64,000 nt of DNA from an uncultured virus (IMG/VR IMGVR_UViG_3300028197_000871) (IMGVR_UViG_3300028197_000871), one strand, 5' to 3'. Positions 18,901 through 27,900 are shown, numbered from the stretch's first letter. The notes: a model not told the origin generated them from the letters alone. Program-made: numbers and translations.

Positions 18901-19241
18901 ATGATTATATTTCTGATTTGACCAGTATTGGTGCTGGAGTAACAATGGTAAGGAGAGTTGAAATTCAAGGTATTGGTGTTGGTTCTACCAACTTCTCATC
19001 AACATTAATTACTTTTGATAGTGATCTGCTTACTTGGGATAATAGGGTTGGATATGCTCTGGGAAGTGGTTTATTTGAAAGAAATAGAATTTATGGTGAA
19101 TATACTTGGGGTAAAGTGAGTTTTATAAACAGATCTCCTGTCACTGCAAAGAGATTTACTGCTTCATCATACCCTAATTTGGACAAATCCCCATTGATGA
19201 CCAGATCTACAACCCTTAAATATAATAATTACACTCCATAA
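6999..19241 (+). CDS. Giant baseplate/virion structural protein (4080 aa, gp7 position)
   Basis: Lies between gp6 and gp8; N-terminal FLEQYY and FYASKGTDQSFEILFRALYGE resemble a gp7-like wedge; many GxGY repeats; YHYH-like segment. Confidence 0.85.
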   Translation: MAVDRVKLQQIVASQLPRYVSEDFPLLTDFLEQYYVSLESQGGPSNLIKNIDQYVKVDELTNLETETTLTEDIDYYTRSVKVESTYGFVDTDGIIKIDDEIFLYETKTLTSFENVKRGFSGITSYITPDNPDRLTFETTQNQSHQTGAHVQNLNVLFLQQFFKKLKKQVVPGFSDRNFYTGLDEKNFIFNSDSFYASKGTDQSFEILFRALYGEDVEVIKPSQFLLTPSNANYKVTKDFVVEKLQGDPLQLQNLTLFQQLTGARGSVTNVQQIPYDNFQYYQISIDSGFNRDSDVTGSIYGKFEPDPQTKILNQVGAGQTYLDVDSTVGFPQSGTLEVVDVDLELLRLKYDGKTSTQFFNVSGVDNVILKTTDISLDSYAFAYVGIQTTKQVKVRFTGSLSDFEQNDKTHSYKKDDTIQLRSLGYEAPGKKNNNYSLNIKTNWQVKKTTLLDASAFQYGFEFYNTHFLQEGYKVVLENIDKTMSLPGIISRIQSSNEIVVTFQQNFLTTGSYTIENQTLKGNSIKYPYLEKYTANIQNTYAKYDGSTLIASNSIPKYNNLETNPYDRRIVFSATLQSTDILTLPTNQTTIPDHAFYTGDALYLESKGVGFEGVVSGAYFIYRVDESRIKLSRSKADLARKIYITFNGSVTNAVVTLLDFYQKEIAPQGIYREIPNPINDSKRYITNAGFNGILNNGVEILNYKSQNSVYYGNIEDFTITAAGKGYDVINPPVLIIQDDVGIGATGVVNVKGQLERLDILDKGLGYYEAPFIRISGGNGTGAAAEARMTSIKHENSFLADGTLEQTRLDLNQISFSSDHKFLDGESVIYQPRSTKGITGLTTDSEYFCSIHSQTAIKLHNTKTDALVGINTVDLIGYGVGTQFIVASEPKSVVSSVIITNPGKNYESKKRTIPQAGINTALNTVNIKGHGYQSKEIVRYNPGNPLIVGLSKKTDYYVVKVTDDAFSLTEVGIDTIATDYYFNNGIIINFTQQGEGSFNYQPITVSVEGAAASYDKSFVEDFQELFVIESPIDKNIITPVQVLAWTDTEAEILNSLTNDEFYVQVSADSHWLISDEPFVGNILLYDAELQPIFRGGIQSIDLLNGGVGYGSSEIIDFRRQPSLQFQSGTGAVLQPIISNGQISEVVVLSPGVGYNSPPDLNVISANATGKFAVLTPVLNNGKIQSVFVVKGGLGYESGKTSIDIIPSGRGTRTNANIRGWNINLFERYLDNILEDDGILAENISNKELQYSHLYASRALRESSTAIDGFDKDNKLYGTFDLRKNIAEEEIENIYHSPILGWAYDGNPIYGPYGFKNQDGTGFVKRMVSSYKLKTTPVNRPSFNTYPNGFFVDDYIYAADGDLDEHNGRFCVTPDFPNGIYAYFCTISEAIDSSGPFQKFRRPVFPYVIGNTFRSVPSEFNYKGISNQTDYNIESNGWFRNTTNYYTNAGSSGYDYIYNSNNVRKQSIDITATSRGTVNSLTIIDGGDNYQVNDTIILNETDTQGRNCKWRVNEIEGKRVNTVSLATTAFNNVTFVPNGNKSGFVAFTEVPHKFDTNDIISVDNLSEDFKGFSGSYNIGVTTSKYQLVIGIASASQTGVVTFMNIKGIEGSLLKDNDILTIESERIRVLELDKLNSRIKILREQDNTIGASHSAGLLFREETNKFVFNTGITTSKKFRFNQQYYFDPHEQVGVGSLAQAGAGVTLGIKNPGAGTTLRFVREQMIYLPGHGMAPNTPVVYSSGGNVNPMRGWSGIETSSIFTLADGLNFFATPLDNDHIGISTNRIGLNSEGLFIGAGTTLTDTGLQAGIIFFTSVGAGDTHSFTTNRLNVLKGRVSKNVVTVSVADTHGLSTNDFINFDLNPKDTQTISVVYNEHNRRMVFDPDVIEEAQVNSGTSSFIVPKDKYLLGDKIIYSALVPSDGLVSEDMYYVYPIEDNRIKLIKEISEINNDYPAFVNIGTAKTATFSKINPRLTVQQNRTYKFDLSSPTLGFTNALTKFSAFSMKITTDDAYIDEFLVGEGSNAFEVIRDGEVGVSTDASLSLRISANVPKNLFYKFDIDNIDILPSVQKQLIVDKTVPQFSQINQVPSKYDGSHQVVGVATDAFQFNVFNVKDLTNNYNEGTANMSYTTNSRFAYGPIHSVKVIDKGVGYQSLPGFEGVTSKTGTGALIEPNSNSIGQILDFKINNIGFGYPSDKTLKAAGNTPEILKIEPLAQFDYIGITSAGVNYFVAPELVVIDGLSKKQITDVQLDFELGATEVKILKNTISLNNVTPDILPINNPNGFSIGSMSYFENNKIVRLYLNKSFSTPEEFPFKVGEKIIVENIAIGFNTDGKGYNSDSYEYALFPLTGLDAKLGGSNGYVEYSLADYLSANEYPGNVTSIVSAYITPKTYFPIFDIDLKVSDFFDGERVSNGFADGTVERWDPISETLFVSSNKSFLPGTIIQSDSSQIKSIIKSRTNFNTTIKIGAGATVIDGWQTNSGVLNDNLQVLPNNEYYQNFSYSLKSRIDLETWEDAVSALNHTAGFKKYADLIIENEAVSSCTPVEIDLDTTVDLIGEFSLSCFPDFDGGTERTIDIQGSKIISDTIVFSNKILLDYFESRGNRVLNLSLGGGGGAGGSPFDDEPREEPFESIANYENKFTHNKILTLVQDAQLRDRKQSSMLTVMQDGTQGYINQYGMLDTVTPLGHFDYRNIQNGTWSLDFYPVTPLYNNYEVTIFSFSQLDNVLSIGATDVGSVVRISTGQTEVAASSTTEVISIGTTYRSAKVIAQLHDFQNDKYYGNEINLLHDGTNVTLMQYGDITSSTELAGISGFGTFIGRIDSGNIVLDFKSTVGTALSVNAMVIAISDQNASGIGTIDLEVSNVSSYSKSIAASATPIANIVGSYYEPDSSGYFVVSVEDITNNEYECFEVMSLDSLFEENFVEFARVNTGTSGLGTVGFTSTGNNINLTYTPVPNINVEVRAFAVTNQNYLNVSGITSVNLENNILFSKQGTYTGQEFDKATAFPLLFDGNPVFGGPFLGNNPGVVNTATNQIVIPNHNFITGEKVKYTPFNKLKVGTENAISIASTDVPGVGITNKLPEDVYAIKYSDVTVGFAKSAADALATVPIPLNLTSVGIGSIHTLFGANENARCLIAIDNMIQAPITEVKIETQLLSNIIFEPSFRVVGIQSFKSNDLIQINNEIMLLQNIGVGRTNNFNVVRAQMGTEVETHVIGDVVKLLGGNYNITENTIHFAEAPYGNTPIGTTTQGPDEVDWQGITTSSTFQGRTFMRSGVLNGVDHTYKNNYTFDNIQSEFNGFDNEFLLTINGGDNIAGFATNQAIVLNSNILQEPTGAQESTGDFTLNDKVGVTTITYTGTSQSSENDPNRATIPRGGNITAVGSTQGSGYQPLVGAGASVFVNSSGQISSIAIGNSGSGYRSGIQTHVSVGILTSSTDNQPVIGIGTANIVGGHIDSIDLYNVASNLDQFNPPVVVIDKPLPYSNLSLVYSGGNAIEGIGTGARVDITVGQGSSVIDFTLIQGGFAYGFNEILTVSVGGTLGIPLTSGFSGNEFQLTVDDLYRDTFNGWTLGELDVFDKLDPLFDGETTKFNLSIASASYGIETADGSNVDLNQALIVTINDVLQIPGESYNFAGGSIIEFSQPPARGDSSKVIFYKGTPEVDVVFVDILETVKVGDTLQLMNDPGKGQNNSLLQEKRTVVGITTLDTVKTFPYAGPGITTDISLERPIEWCKQKDDLFIDGRVVAKDRVEYEPFIYPAAYIINDIGPGDGFCYVDTVRPLFDSAPETQLIDYQFKVTFTDQTEIKTAIATASITNGSITGFNLVDAGKGYATLPTPEISIGNAGFTSTGRATATASAIGDVVGNLNVINPGVGYTVLPPIIIETPPARTETVGVDSYFGDYGQIVGVAQSNGGLTTLEFYIPDDSFMRDPYYVGVAVTLSEIGKNDYFVVNESNVGLYSTVSDFDGIYRVEKVYDYISDLTSIGAGVTMVRRVEIQGIGVGSTNFSSTLITFDSDLLTWDNRVGYALGSGLFERNRIYGEYTWGKVSFINRSPVTAKRFTASSYPNLDKSPLMTRSTTLKYNNYTP

Positions 19242-19244
19242 AGG

Positions 19245-19251
19245 ATAAATA
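19245..19251 (+). promoter_or_regulatory. T4-type late promoter (ATAAATA)
   Basis: Intergenic, upstream of a structural gene. Confidence 0.7.
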
Positions 19252-19278
19252 AACCTAGGAAAAGGACTCCCTTCAAAA

Positions 19279-21651
19279 ATGGCATATCAAGGTATTAATA
19301 CAGGAACCTCCCCTAATGATGGTTTAGGGGATACTCTTCTAGATGGTGGTGTTAAGATTAACAGCAACTTCTCTGAATTGTACAATATTATAGGTGATGG
19401 CACCAGCACATTCGTTGGTGTTGTTACTCAAATCTCTGCAGGAACAAATGTAAGCATCTCAACTGCTTATGGTTCTGTTGAGGTATCTGCACCTACACCA
19501 ACCAATCTACGAACTGATAACCTTAGGGTTACTGGAATTACCACCCTTGGTGCTACCAATGGCATTGGTACAGTAACAATGGGTATTGGTGTCACTGCCC
19601 TCTATGTTGATGGTAGTGCCAGAGTCACGGGAGTCCTTACTGTTGGCACTGGTTCTATCACACTTGAGAGTGACAGGGTACACGTAGGTTCTGGTATTAC
19701 AATTGATGCTAACAACAACACTATGGTGTTGGGTGATAACATTACAATGACTGCATCCTCAGGTGCTGTTGATGTTGCTTTAATGACAGCAGGTTCTGCT
19801 ACTGTTACTGGTCATTCTACAGCAACAACTCTTGCTAGTTCTGGTACTGCCACATTTGCTGGTGATGTAAGTCTTGGTTCATCTATTACATTATCTGACA
19901 CTAAGGAGATCTTACTTGGAGATAGTGCAGAATTTTCACTTTCACATGGTGATTCTACTGGAAACCTGATTGAGTCAAAATCAGGTGCCTTTAATTTGAA
20001 GGGCAACACCCTCAATATTATTGCTGGTACAGCAAATACAGTTGTTGCTGCAACAAACCCAGATGGTAATTATGGTATTGAGTTCTACTATCTCAATGAC
20101 AAGAAATTAGAAACTAGGTCATCAGGTGTAAGAGCACTTGGTGGTTTCCAGGTTATATCTGGTATTACAACACTAGGTGTTGTGACTGCTACTACCTATT
20201 ATGGAGATGGTAGTAATTTAGCAGGTGTTGGCAACACTTTTGATGTATCTACAGATACATTAGTTGTTTCTGGTATTACAACATTAGGTGTTGTGACTGG
20301 TGCTACTTATTTTGGTGATGGTTCAAACCTGTCTGGAATTGCAGGTATCAGTACTACAAAAATCAATACTACTGAACTCAACAATAGTGGAATTACAACC
20401 CTTACAGGTCTTGTAGAAGTTGGTTCTGGTGTCACTATAAGTGGCATTGCAACATTCAACCAAGGTTTCCAAGTTGGTGGAACTCTTAATGTAAATGAAA
20501 GTCCTACTGCACTTTTCTTTGATGCTAATGCTTCTGACAAATTCCAATTAAAGAATGCACTTGGCACAGTTGACCTTCAAGGTACTGGTCAAGTTAGAGC
20601 TTTGAAAGCCAACTCTTCTGAACTTTTATTCCGTGGCATTGCTGATGGATCATTTGAAGCATATTGGGATGGAAATAGAAAGTTTGCAACTTGCAGTATT
20701 GGAGCAACAGTTACTGGTCAATTATCAGCAGGAAACTTTATTGGTGATGGTTCAGGACTAACAGGTGTTGTTGGTTCTGGTTCTGGTATTATTGTTAATG
20801 ATAGTGATACACCTATTGGAACTGCAGGAACAATTAATTTTGGTACTGGTCTTAGTGTATCACCAGCATCTGCAGGTGTAGTTACTGTTACTTCTAGTGG
20901 TGGTGCTGGTGGTGGTCAACCAGAAATAACATGGACTCTTGGTAACAATGGTAGCAGTGATTATACATTTACTGGCAGTGGATTCTCTGGTGCTACAAAT
21001 GATCCAACTTTATATCTTGTAAGAGGTCAAACATATAAGTTTGATAATCAGAGTACTGGACATCCATTTAGAATTCAATCTACTACTGCAACACCAGGTG
21101 GTGGAACACAGTACAATACTGGGGTAACAAATCAAGATGCTACTGGTGGTACAGCAACTAATGTATTGACATTTATTGTACCAATGGATGCTCCTGATAC
21201 ACTGTATTATCAGTGTACATCACATTCTACAATGTTTGGTGCTATCAATGTTATTGGTGGTCCAGTGCTGCCCTCAAGATCATCTGTCTCTGGTGCTACT
21301 GCTAGCATTGCAGATAATGTTATTGGCAACATTGATATCACTGGATTTAAATCATATAATCTATTGAAGGTTGGTCTGTCAACAGCAGGTTGGTTTAGAC
21401 TATATACAGATGGCGCATCTAGAACTGCAGATGTTGGAAGGAGTGTTGGAATTGATCCAAACCCAGGAAGTGGAGTTATTGCTGAAGTTGTAACCACTGG
21501 CATTTCAACTACACAATTAGTTTCTCCCTTTGTTCCAGGTGGCAATATGGATGAACCTGCAACTACAACAATGTACGCATCAGTCAAAAACCTATCTGGT
21601 GTAACACAGTCTATATCAGTAAACTTAACACTTCTCCAACTCGAGGAATAA
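19279..21651 (+). CDS. Fibre-like virion protein with gp9/gp10-like N-terminus and a cupredoxin-like domain
   Basis: N-terminal INTGTSPNDGLGDTL..GGVKINSNFSELY; G/T-rich beta repeats; HPF...YYQCTSHSTM. Confidence 0.8.
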   Translation: MAYQGINTGTSPNDGLGDTLLDGGVKINSNFSELYNIIGDGTSTFVGVVTQISAGTNVSISTAYGSVEVSAPTPTNLRTDNLRVTGITTLGATNGIGTVTMGIGVTALYVDGSARVTGVLTVGTGSITLESDRVHVGSGITIDANNNTMVLGDNITMTASSGAVDVALMTAGSATVTGHSTATTLASSGTATFAGDVSLGSSITLSDTKEILLGDSAEFSLSHGDSTGNLIESKSGAFNLKGNTLNIIAGTANTVVAATNPDGNYGIEFYYLNDKKLETRSSGVRALGGFQVISGITTLGVVTATTYYGDGSNLAGVGNTFDVSTDTLVVSGITTLGVVTGATYFGDGSNLSGIAGISTTKINTTELNNSGITTLTGLVEVGSGVTISGIATFNQGFQVGGTLNVNESPTALFFDANASDKFQLKNALGTVDLQGTGQVRALKANSSELLFRGIADGSFEAYWDGNRKFATCSIGATVTGQLSAGNFIGDGSGLTGVVGSGSGIIVNDSDTPIGTAGTINFGTGLSVSPASAGVVTVTSSGGAGGGQPEITWTLGNNGSSDYTFTGSGFSGATNDPTLYLVRGQTYKFDNQSTGHPFRIQSTTATPGGGTQYNTGVTNQDATGGTATNVLTFIVPMDAPDTLYYQCTSHSTMFGAINVIGGPVLPSRSSVSGATASIADNVIGNIDITGFKSYNLLKVGLSTAGWFRLYTDGASRTADVGRSVGIDPNPGSGVIAEVVTTGISTTQLVSPFVPGGNMDEPATTTMYASVKNLSGVTQSISVNLTLLQLEE

Positions 21652-21657
21652 GGAACC

Positions 21658-23193
21658 ATGGCAGTAACAACAGAAACGTACTCAGCAGCTGCTGGATGGA
21701 GCAGAAGTGATGTGATTACACTTCTCGAGAGCGGATTTACATTTGCGGGAATGCATGGTGGACCAATAGCAGGTATTACCAGTACTGTTAAAACCCATTT
21801 TGGTGGTGGTACAGTAGGGTCATCTAGTACTGTTTATTATGATGTTCCAGTAGCTACAACTAGTGGAATTGGAACAGGTGCAACATTTAATGTGCAAAGA
21901 AGTAGTGGAAATATTGCTGATATTAAGGTAAATAAAGTTGGTTATAATTATGCTGAGAGTGAAAATGTAACATTAGATCCACAACATATTGGTGGTACAC
22001 AAAATTCAGCAACTACTGCAACTGCTATTGTTGGTGTAATGGGTCAAGGAAGTCCAGAAAGTTTTGGCACAACTAGCACTTTCTTCAGAAAGCAAATGCT
22101 TTCTTCTTATGATAGCAATAGACCTTGGGGTGCCTTAAGGCAGGTTAGAGATCAAGGTAAAATATATGGAACAACATATAGAGCATTTAAAATTCATGAT
22201 GATTATAGAATGAATGTTTTGGTTGGACCATCACTTTCTGCCAATGAAGATGATCAAACTAGTGGTTATGGAATGTATGGAGATTCCTTTAGAGGAACTG
22301 AACAGTTAGATGTAACCAATTCATATGGTGACAGATTAGATACAGATGCAAATACTACCGCCCAGGTAAATAATAATGATAATTTTCAGTATGCAACTTC
22401 TTCATCACCAACAACACATGGTTTAAATTTAAATGTTTACAGATCATCAATAGATCCTAATTTTGCTGTATTTTCTTGGCAACAACCATCAATTGACGGA
22501 ACTTTGACTGATTCTACATTTAGCACTTTTATAGTACACAACTTTGATAGTTCATTGTGGGATTATGATGAAGTATTTACAGCAGGTCACACTTTCATAA
22601 CGCCCAGTTCGGTAGCAAATACAAGTCAAGCATCTAGTATTGGATTGAGTTTTAATACAATTTTGAGTGGAAATAAGTATCAAACTTATCAAAATATATG
22701 CACCAGAAGTGCTGAATCTGGATATATTCAGATATATAATACCTCTCATAGAGGAACACCTTACGTCAGTACCAGATATGTTAGCACTTCATCAGATAAT
22801 CAAAATTCTGCACAGGGTGATGGTTATGGGTATTCTCAAAATTCACAATACAATGATACTAGAATTTTCACTAGAGTTGGTGGATTTAAGGATGGTGGTA
22901 GGATAGTCAATGATTATTCTGATCCAAATTATAATAATGGAAATCATCATCCAATCACACATCGTAAGAGTGTAATTAAGGGTATTCCTATCAATGCTGG
23001 TTTGGTTCCAAATCCATATTATATTCCAGATGACTTTTGTATAATTGATATGACACTTGACCAATCTGAGCAAAATATAAGACAGGGTGATACTATTACT
23101 GTAAGTGGTTCAGAAATTTATAAAGTCATCACCGGTGGATATAATAAGTATGAACAAACTAGTGGCATGTTCTTCTGTGCTAGGGTAGCTTAA
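21658..23193 (+). CDS. Hypothetical virion protein (511 aa)
   Basis: Long S/T/G-rich ORF within the structural operon. Confidence 0.7.
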   Translation: MAVTTETYSAAAGWSRSDVITLLESGFTFAGMHGGPIAGITSTVKTHFGGGTVGSSSTVYYDVPVATTSGIGTGATFNVQRSSGNIADIKVNKVGYNYAESENVTLDPQHIGGTQNSATTATAIVGVMGQGSPESFGTTSTFFRKQMLSSYDSNRPWGALRQVRDQGKIYGTTYRAFKIHDDYRMNVLVGPSLSANEDDQTSGYGMYGDSFRGTEQLDVTNSYGDRLDTDANTTAQVNNNDNFQYATSSSPTTHGLNLNVYRSSIDPNFAVFSWQQPSIDGTLTDSTFSTFIVHNFDSSLWDYDEVFTAGHTFITPSSVANTSQASSIGLSFNTILSGNKYQTYQNICTRSAESGYIQIYNTSHRGTPYVSTRYVSTSSDNQNSAQGDGYGYSQNSQYNDTRIFTRVGGFKDGGRIVNDYSDPNYNNGNHHPITHRKSVIKGIPINAGLVPNPYYIPDDFCIIDMTLDQSEQNIRQGDTITVSGSEIYKVITGGYNKYEQTSGMFFCARVA

Positions 23194-23408
23194 TGGCAAA
23201 TTACAATCCTGGAAATACAACTGCTGTAAGCGGTTTCTCAAATACAAAACCATCTGAACAAGTGGCAACTTCTTTTTTCTATGAACAGAAGTGGCCATAT
23301 GTCAATAATTATAATTTCGTAGATTCAACTGCCACAAGACCTGGATGGTTGACTGGCAGAAGACCTAATAAGGGTCAACAATACCCTCGTGGTATCTATA
23401 ATAAATAA
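23193..23408 (+). CDS. Hypothetical protein (71 aa)
   Basis: ORF track; TAATG coupling to the previous gene. Confidence 0.7.
   Translation: MANYNPGNTTAVSGFSNTKPSEQVATSFFYEQKWPYVNNYNFVDSTATRPGWLTGRRPNKGQQYPRGIYNK
23401..23407 (+). promoter_or_regulatory. T4-type late promoter (ATAAATA)
   Basis: Immediately upstream of gp8. Confidence 0.65.
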
Positions 23409-23427
23409 GAAAAAAGTCCCATAAAAA

Positions 23428-24987
23428 ATGGCAGCGATAATTACTGATCAGCTTCGTATATTAAATGCTAGGAATTTTGTAGATGCCGTTCAGTCATCCA
23501 ACAATTCTTTCTACGCTTGGATTGGGTTGCCTGATGCTCCCAAGTTTCAGGCAGATTGGGACGCCAATCCTCCTGCACCCAAGGATAGTTTGAATGAATC
23601 AAATTTTTATTGGGACACAATGCTTGCTCTCAAGAAAATTAATTCTGGTGATGTAAGTCAGGTTGTAAGAAAGATTAATTGGCAGTCAGGCACCACATAT
23701 GATATGTGGAGAAATGATATCACCAGAAGTAATCCTTCACAACCTTCTGGTGCTTATGACATTTATGATTCTAATTATTATGTAATGAATAGTGAATATA
23801 AAGTTTATATTTGCTTATACAATAATGCCACTCCTGAGAATGGATTTAGAGGAGGTCCTTCTCTAGATCAACCAAACTTCACTGATTTGGAACCAAGAGA
23901 AGCAGGTAGTAGTGGTGATGGTTATATTTGGAAATACTTATATTCTATTAAACCTAACCAAATTATTAAATTTGATTCAACAAGCTATATTGCTGTCCCA
24001 ACTGATTGGGATACAAACTCATCATATAGTGCAGTCAGAGAGAATGCAAAAACCAGTGGACAAATCAAAATTGTCACTGTAAGAAATAGAGGTGTTGGTA
24101 TTGGCACTGCTAATGTCACCTATACTAGAGTTCCTATTAGGGGTGATGGTAGAGATGCAGAAGCAACTGTTGTTGTTAATAATGATGCAAAGGTAGAATC
24201 TATTACTGTTTCTAATGGTGGTAGTGGTTATTCATTTGGAACACTTGACCTTAAAGAAGGTGGTGTACCAAAAGGAACAATTGACCCAGTATTTGATATA
24301 ATTATACCTCCTCCTGGTAGTCATGGAGCAGATATTTACAGAGAACTTGGTGCTTACCATGTTCTTTCATATGCTAGATTTGAAAATGATTCTCAGAATC
24401 CTGACTTTATCACTGGTAATCAGTTTGCTCAAGTAGGTATTGTTAAAAATCCTACTAACTATGATGCAACATCAATCCTCACAAAGGATAAGGCTAGTGC
24501 TCTATATGCTCTTAAGTTGGCAGGTATTGGGTATAGTGAAGCAACATTTACTGCTGACTCTGATGTAACTCAAACTGTTGGACTTGGTTCTACTGCTGTT
24601 GGTAAAGTTGTCTCATATGACCCATCCACAGGTGTCCTGAAGTATTGGCAAGATAGAAGAACTGCTGGTTTCAATAGTGATGGATCTAAAAACTCTGATC
24701 CAATTTATGGTTTCAGTATGTTGAAGTTTACTAATACACCTGCACTTGGAGGTAATATTAATATTATCCCAACATCTGGAAATACCTTACAGATTGATAG
24801 GGCATTTACGGGTGTATCGACAGTAATAAATAATAGGACATACTACTTGGGTCAGGAATTTAATAAAGGTGTATCTAATCCAGAAGCAGAAAAGTATTCT
24901 GGAGACATCATTTATGTTGATAACAGACCCTCAGTCACCAGATCCTCTTTTCAAAAAGAAGATATTAAAGTCATCTTGCAATTCTAA
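23428..24987 (+). CDS. gp8: Baseplate wedge subunit gp8
   Basis: MAAIITDQLRILNA, VYICLYN, DGYIWKYLY and SGDIIYVDNR...EDIKVILQF motifs. Confidence 0.92.
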   Translation: MAAIITDQLRILNARNFVDAVQSSNNSFYAWIGLPDAPKFQADWDANPPAPKDSLNESNFYWDTMLALKKINSGDVSQVVRKINWQSGTTYDMWRNDITRSNPSQPSGAYDIYDSNYYVMNSEYKVYICLYNNATPENGFRGGPSLDQPNFTDLEPREAGSSGDGYIWKYLYSIKPNQIIKFDSTSYIAVPTDWDTNSSYSAVRENAKTSGQIKIVTVRNRGVGIGTANVTYTRVPIRGDGRDAEATVVVNNDAKVESITVSNGGSGYSFGTLDLKEGGVPKGTIDPVFDIIIPPPGSHGADIYRELGAYHVLSYARFENDSQNPDFITGNQFAQVGIVKNPTNYDATSILTKDKASALYALKLAGIGYSEATFTADSDVTQTVGLGSTAVGKVVSYDPSTGVLKYWQDRRTAGFNSDGSKNSDPIYGFSMLKFTNTPALGGNINIIPTSGNTLQIDRAFTGVSTVINNRTYYLGQEFNKGVSNPEAEKYSGDIIYVDNRPSVTRSSFQKEDIKVILQF

Positions 24988-24992
24988 GAATA

Positions 24993-27900
24993 ATGCCACA
25001 GGAAACTAACCTTAATGTTGCTCCTTATTTTGACGACTTTGATTCGCAACAAAATTATTACAAAGTCCTTTATAAGCCAGGTTTCCCTGTTCAGGCAAGA
25101 GAACTTACAGGGATGCAGTCTATTCTGCAGAATCAGGTTGAGGAGATGGGAAACCACTTCTTTAAAGAGGGTGCAAAGGTTATCCCTGGTGACCTGACAT
25201 ATGTTCAGAACTTTTATTGTATTCAAATTCAGTCTGAGTTCTTAGGAGTACCTGTTGGAATCTATCTTGACCAAATTGTTGGTGCTACCATCACTGGTCA
25301 AACTTCTGGCGTCACAGCAAAGGTAGTAAAGGTTCTTTCAAATGATGATTCTGAGAGAGGAGTATATACACTCTATATCAACTATGAGAACACTGGTTCA
25401 TCATCAGAAGAAATTAGTGAATTCTTAAGTAATGAGATTCTGATAAGCAATAAAAATATTACATATGCTACAACCTTCATCTCTGCTGGTGAGGGTTTCT
25501 GTACCACTATTACTCAGAATGCATCTGCAGTTGGTTCAGCAATGTTTATTGCTGATGGTGTGTATTTCCTTAGAGGATACATGGTCAATGTGCCTGCACA
25601 AACTCTAATTCTTGATCAGTACAACAATACCCCATCATATAGAATTGGTCTGGATGTTGTAGAAGAGATTGTATCTTCAGATATTGATCAGTCACTTAAT
25701 GATAATGCTCAAGGTTTCAATAACTTTACTGCTCCTGGTGCTGATAGACTCAGAATTACTGCTACTCTATCAAAGAAGGGACTGAATTCTTTCAATGAGA
25801 GTAATTTTGTCCAACTGTCAACTATTGAGAATGGTAATCTTAGAACTATTATTACAGGTACTGAATATAACTTCCTTGGTGATGAATTAGCTTCTAGAAC
25901 TTTTGATGAGTCAGGACATTATTATATCAAAGAATATGTAGCAACTGTTAAAGAAAGTTTAAACAACAATCAAGGAAATAGAGGTTTATTTCTGAAGAAT
26001 CAAGTTACCACTCAAGGTAACGTACCAGCACCAGATCTTGGTGTTTATAAAGTATCACCAGGAAAAGCATATGTTAAAGGTTATGAAGTAGAGAATATTT
26101 CCCCATCACTTATTGATTTCCAAAAACCAAGAACCACAAAGGTCCTTAAAGATCAGGGAATTAACTTTGGTTTTGGACCAACTCTTGCTGTCAATAGAGT
26201 ATTTGGTTCTCCAACTATTGGAATTAATACATCAAACTCTGTGTCCCTAAGAGATACAAGAATGTCTGCTACTCAGGATCAGGCAAGTGGAGAAGAGATT
26301 GGTGTTGCTAGAATTTATGATTTTGCACTTGAAGGTGGTTCATATGATGCTCTTGTCCCTGACTTAAACAAGTGGGACTTGTCATTGTATGATGTCCAAA
26401 CATTTACTAATATTACTGTTAATGAACCAGTAACACTTTCAAATTCAGTTTATATTAAAGGTGAGTCCAGTGGTGCAACTGGTTTCCTAAGATCAAATGT
26501 AAGTGCAGGAACTGCTATTACTGCTTACCAAGTTAATGGAGACTTCTTCAAAGGTGAGAGACTGCTGTTCAATGGTCTGGTTGATGATGCCAGATATGTA
26601 ACAAATTCTATTAATTATTCTCTGAGTGATGTAAGATCCATCTATTCAAAAGTTGGTGTTACAACATTTACTGCTGATACTGTTCAGGTTGGTGGTTTTA
26701 ATTTTGGAAATGCATCAGTAACTGGTCAAAATGCTTCCAATCAATCATTCATTACAGTATCTGCTGATCCCAATTTCTCCTTTGTTGGTCTGGTAACTAC
26801 TAATAATCTTATTCAGTATTCTAGACCTGACTTTGACATTGTTTCATATGCAAAGGTAGTTGGTGTATCAAGAACAAACTTCACTATTGAGGCAGTAACA
26901 TCTACTGCTAATGTCAATAGTGGTGCTCTTCCCACATCAACTGAGCAAGTTGGTAGTGTACAAATCATTGGTGCATCTGGCGTTGGTAATGCTGGATCAG
27001 GTAACATCACTGACAATGAGTCAATTTATAGTGCATTTCCTAAAAAGAATATTAACTCTGTAAATCTTCTTGGTTCAAACCTTGTTATCAGAAGACAGTA
27101 TAGTGTAAGTATTACTAATGGTGCTACAACACCCATTGACTGTGAAGCAAAAGAAATTTTCCTGGCATTTGATGAAGAAAGATATACTCTGATTAGATCT
27201 GATGGTAGCACAGAAGTGCTCACACCTGATAAATTTGTTTATCTGAATGGATCTACTACACTGCAGATTAGAGGACTTGGTTCCAATGCAGTCAACTGCA
27301 AATTAATCACCACTATTCGTAAATCTGAGATTAAGTCAAAAGTAAAACTGAAGGCAACTGCAAAGAGTATTGTTGTTGATAAGTCAAATTCAGTTGGTTC
27401 TGGTATTGGCACTACAACTTTAAATGATGGTTTGGTCTATGGTGACTACCCCTTTGGAACTAGAGTACAGGATGAGATTATCTCACTGAATACTCCTGAT
27501 GTTGTTACTATTTTGGGTGTATATGAATCACAAAATACAGATAATGCTGACTCACCACATATGACCACATCCCAGATGGATGGTATTACTAATACAACTA
27601 ATGACTTAATTATTGGTGAGATTGTCATTGGTAGTCAAAGTGGTGCAAAAGCAATGTTTGTTGGTAAGAAGACTGATACCAGTATCTTCTTTGTTTACCT
27701 GAATAAGACTACATTCAAAAATACAGAAGTTGTAAACTTTGAAAGTTCTAGTGTTAATGCAATTGCTGGTGCTGTAAGTCTTGGTTCAAAGAATATCACA
27801 AAAGATTTTAGATTTAATAATGGTCAGAAAGGTGGTTTCTATGACTATGCAAGAATTGTTAGAAAGGGTACAGCAGGAAAACCTGCTAGAAAACTGAAGA

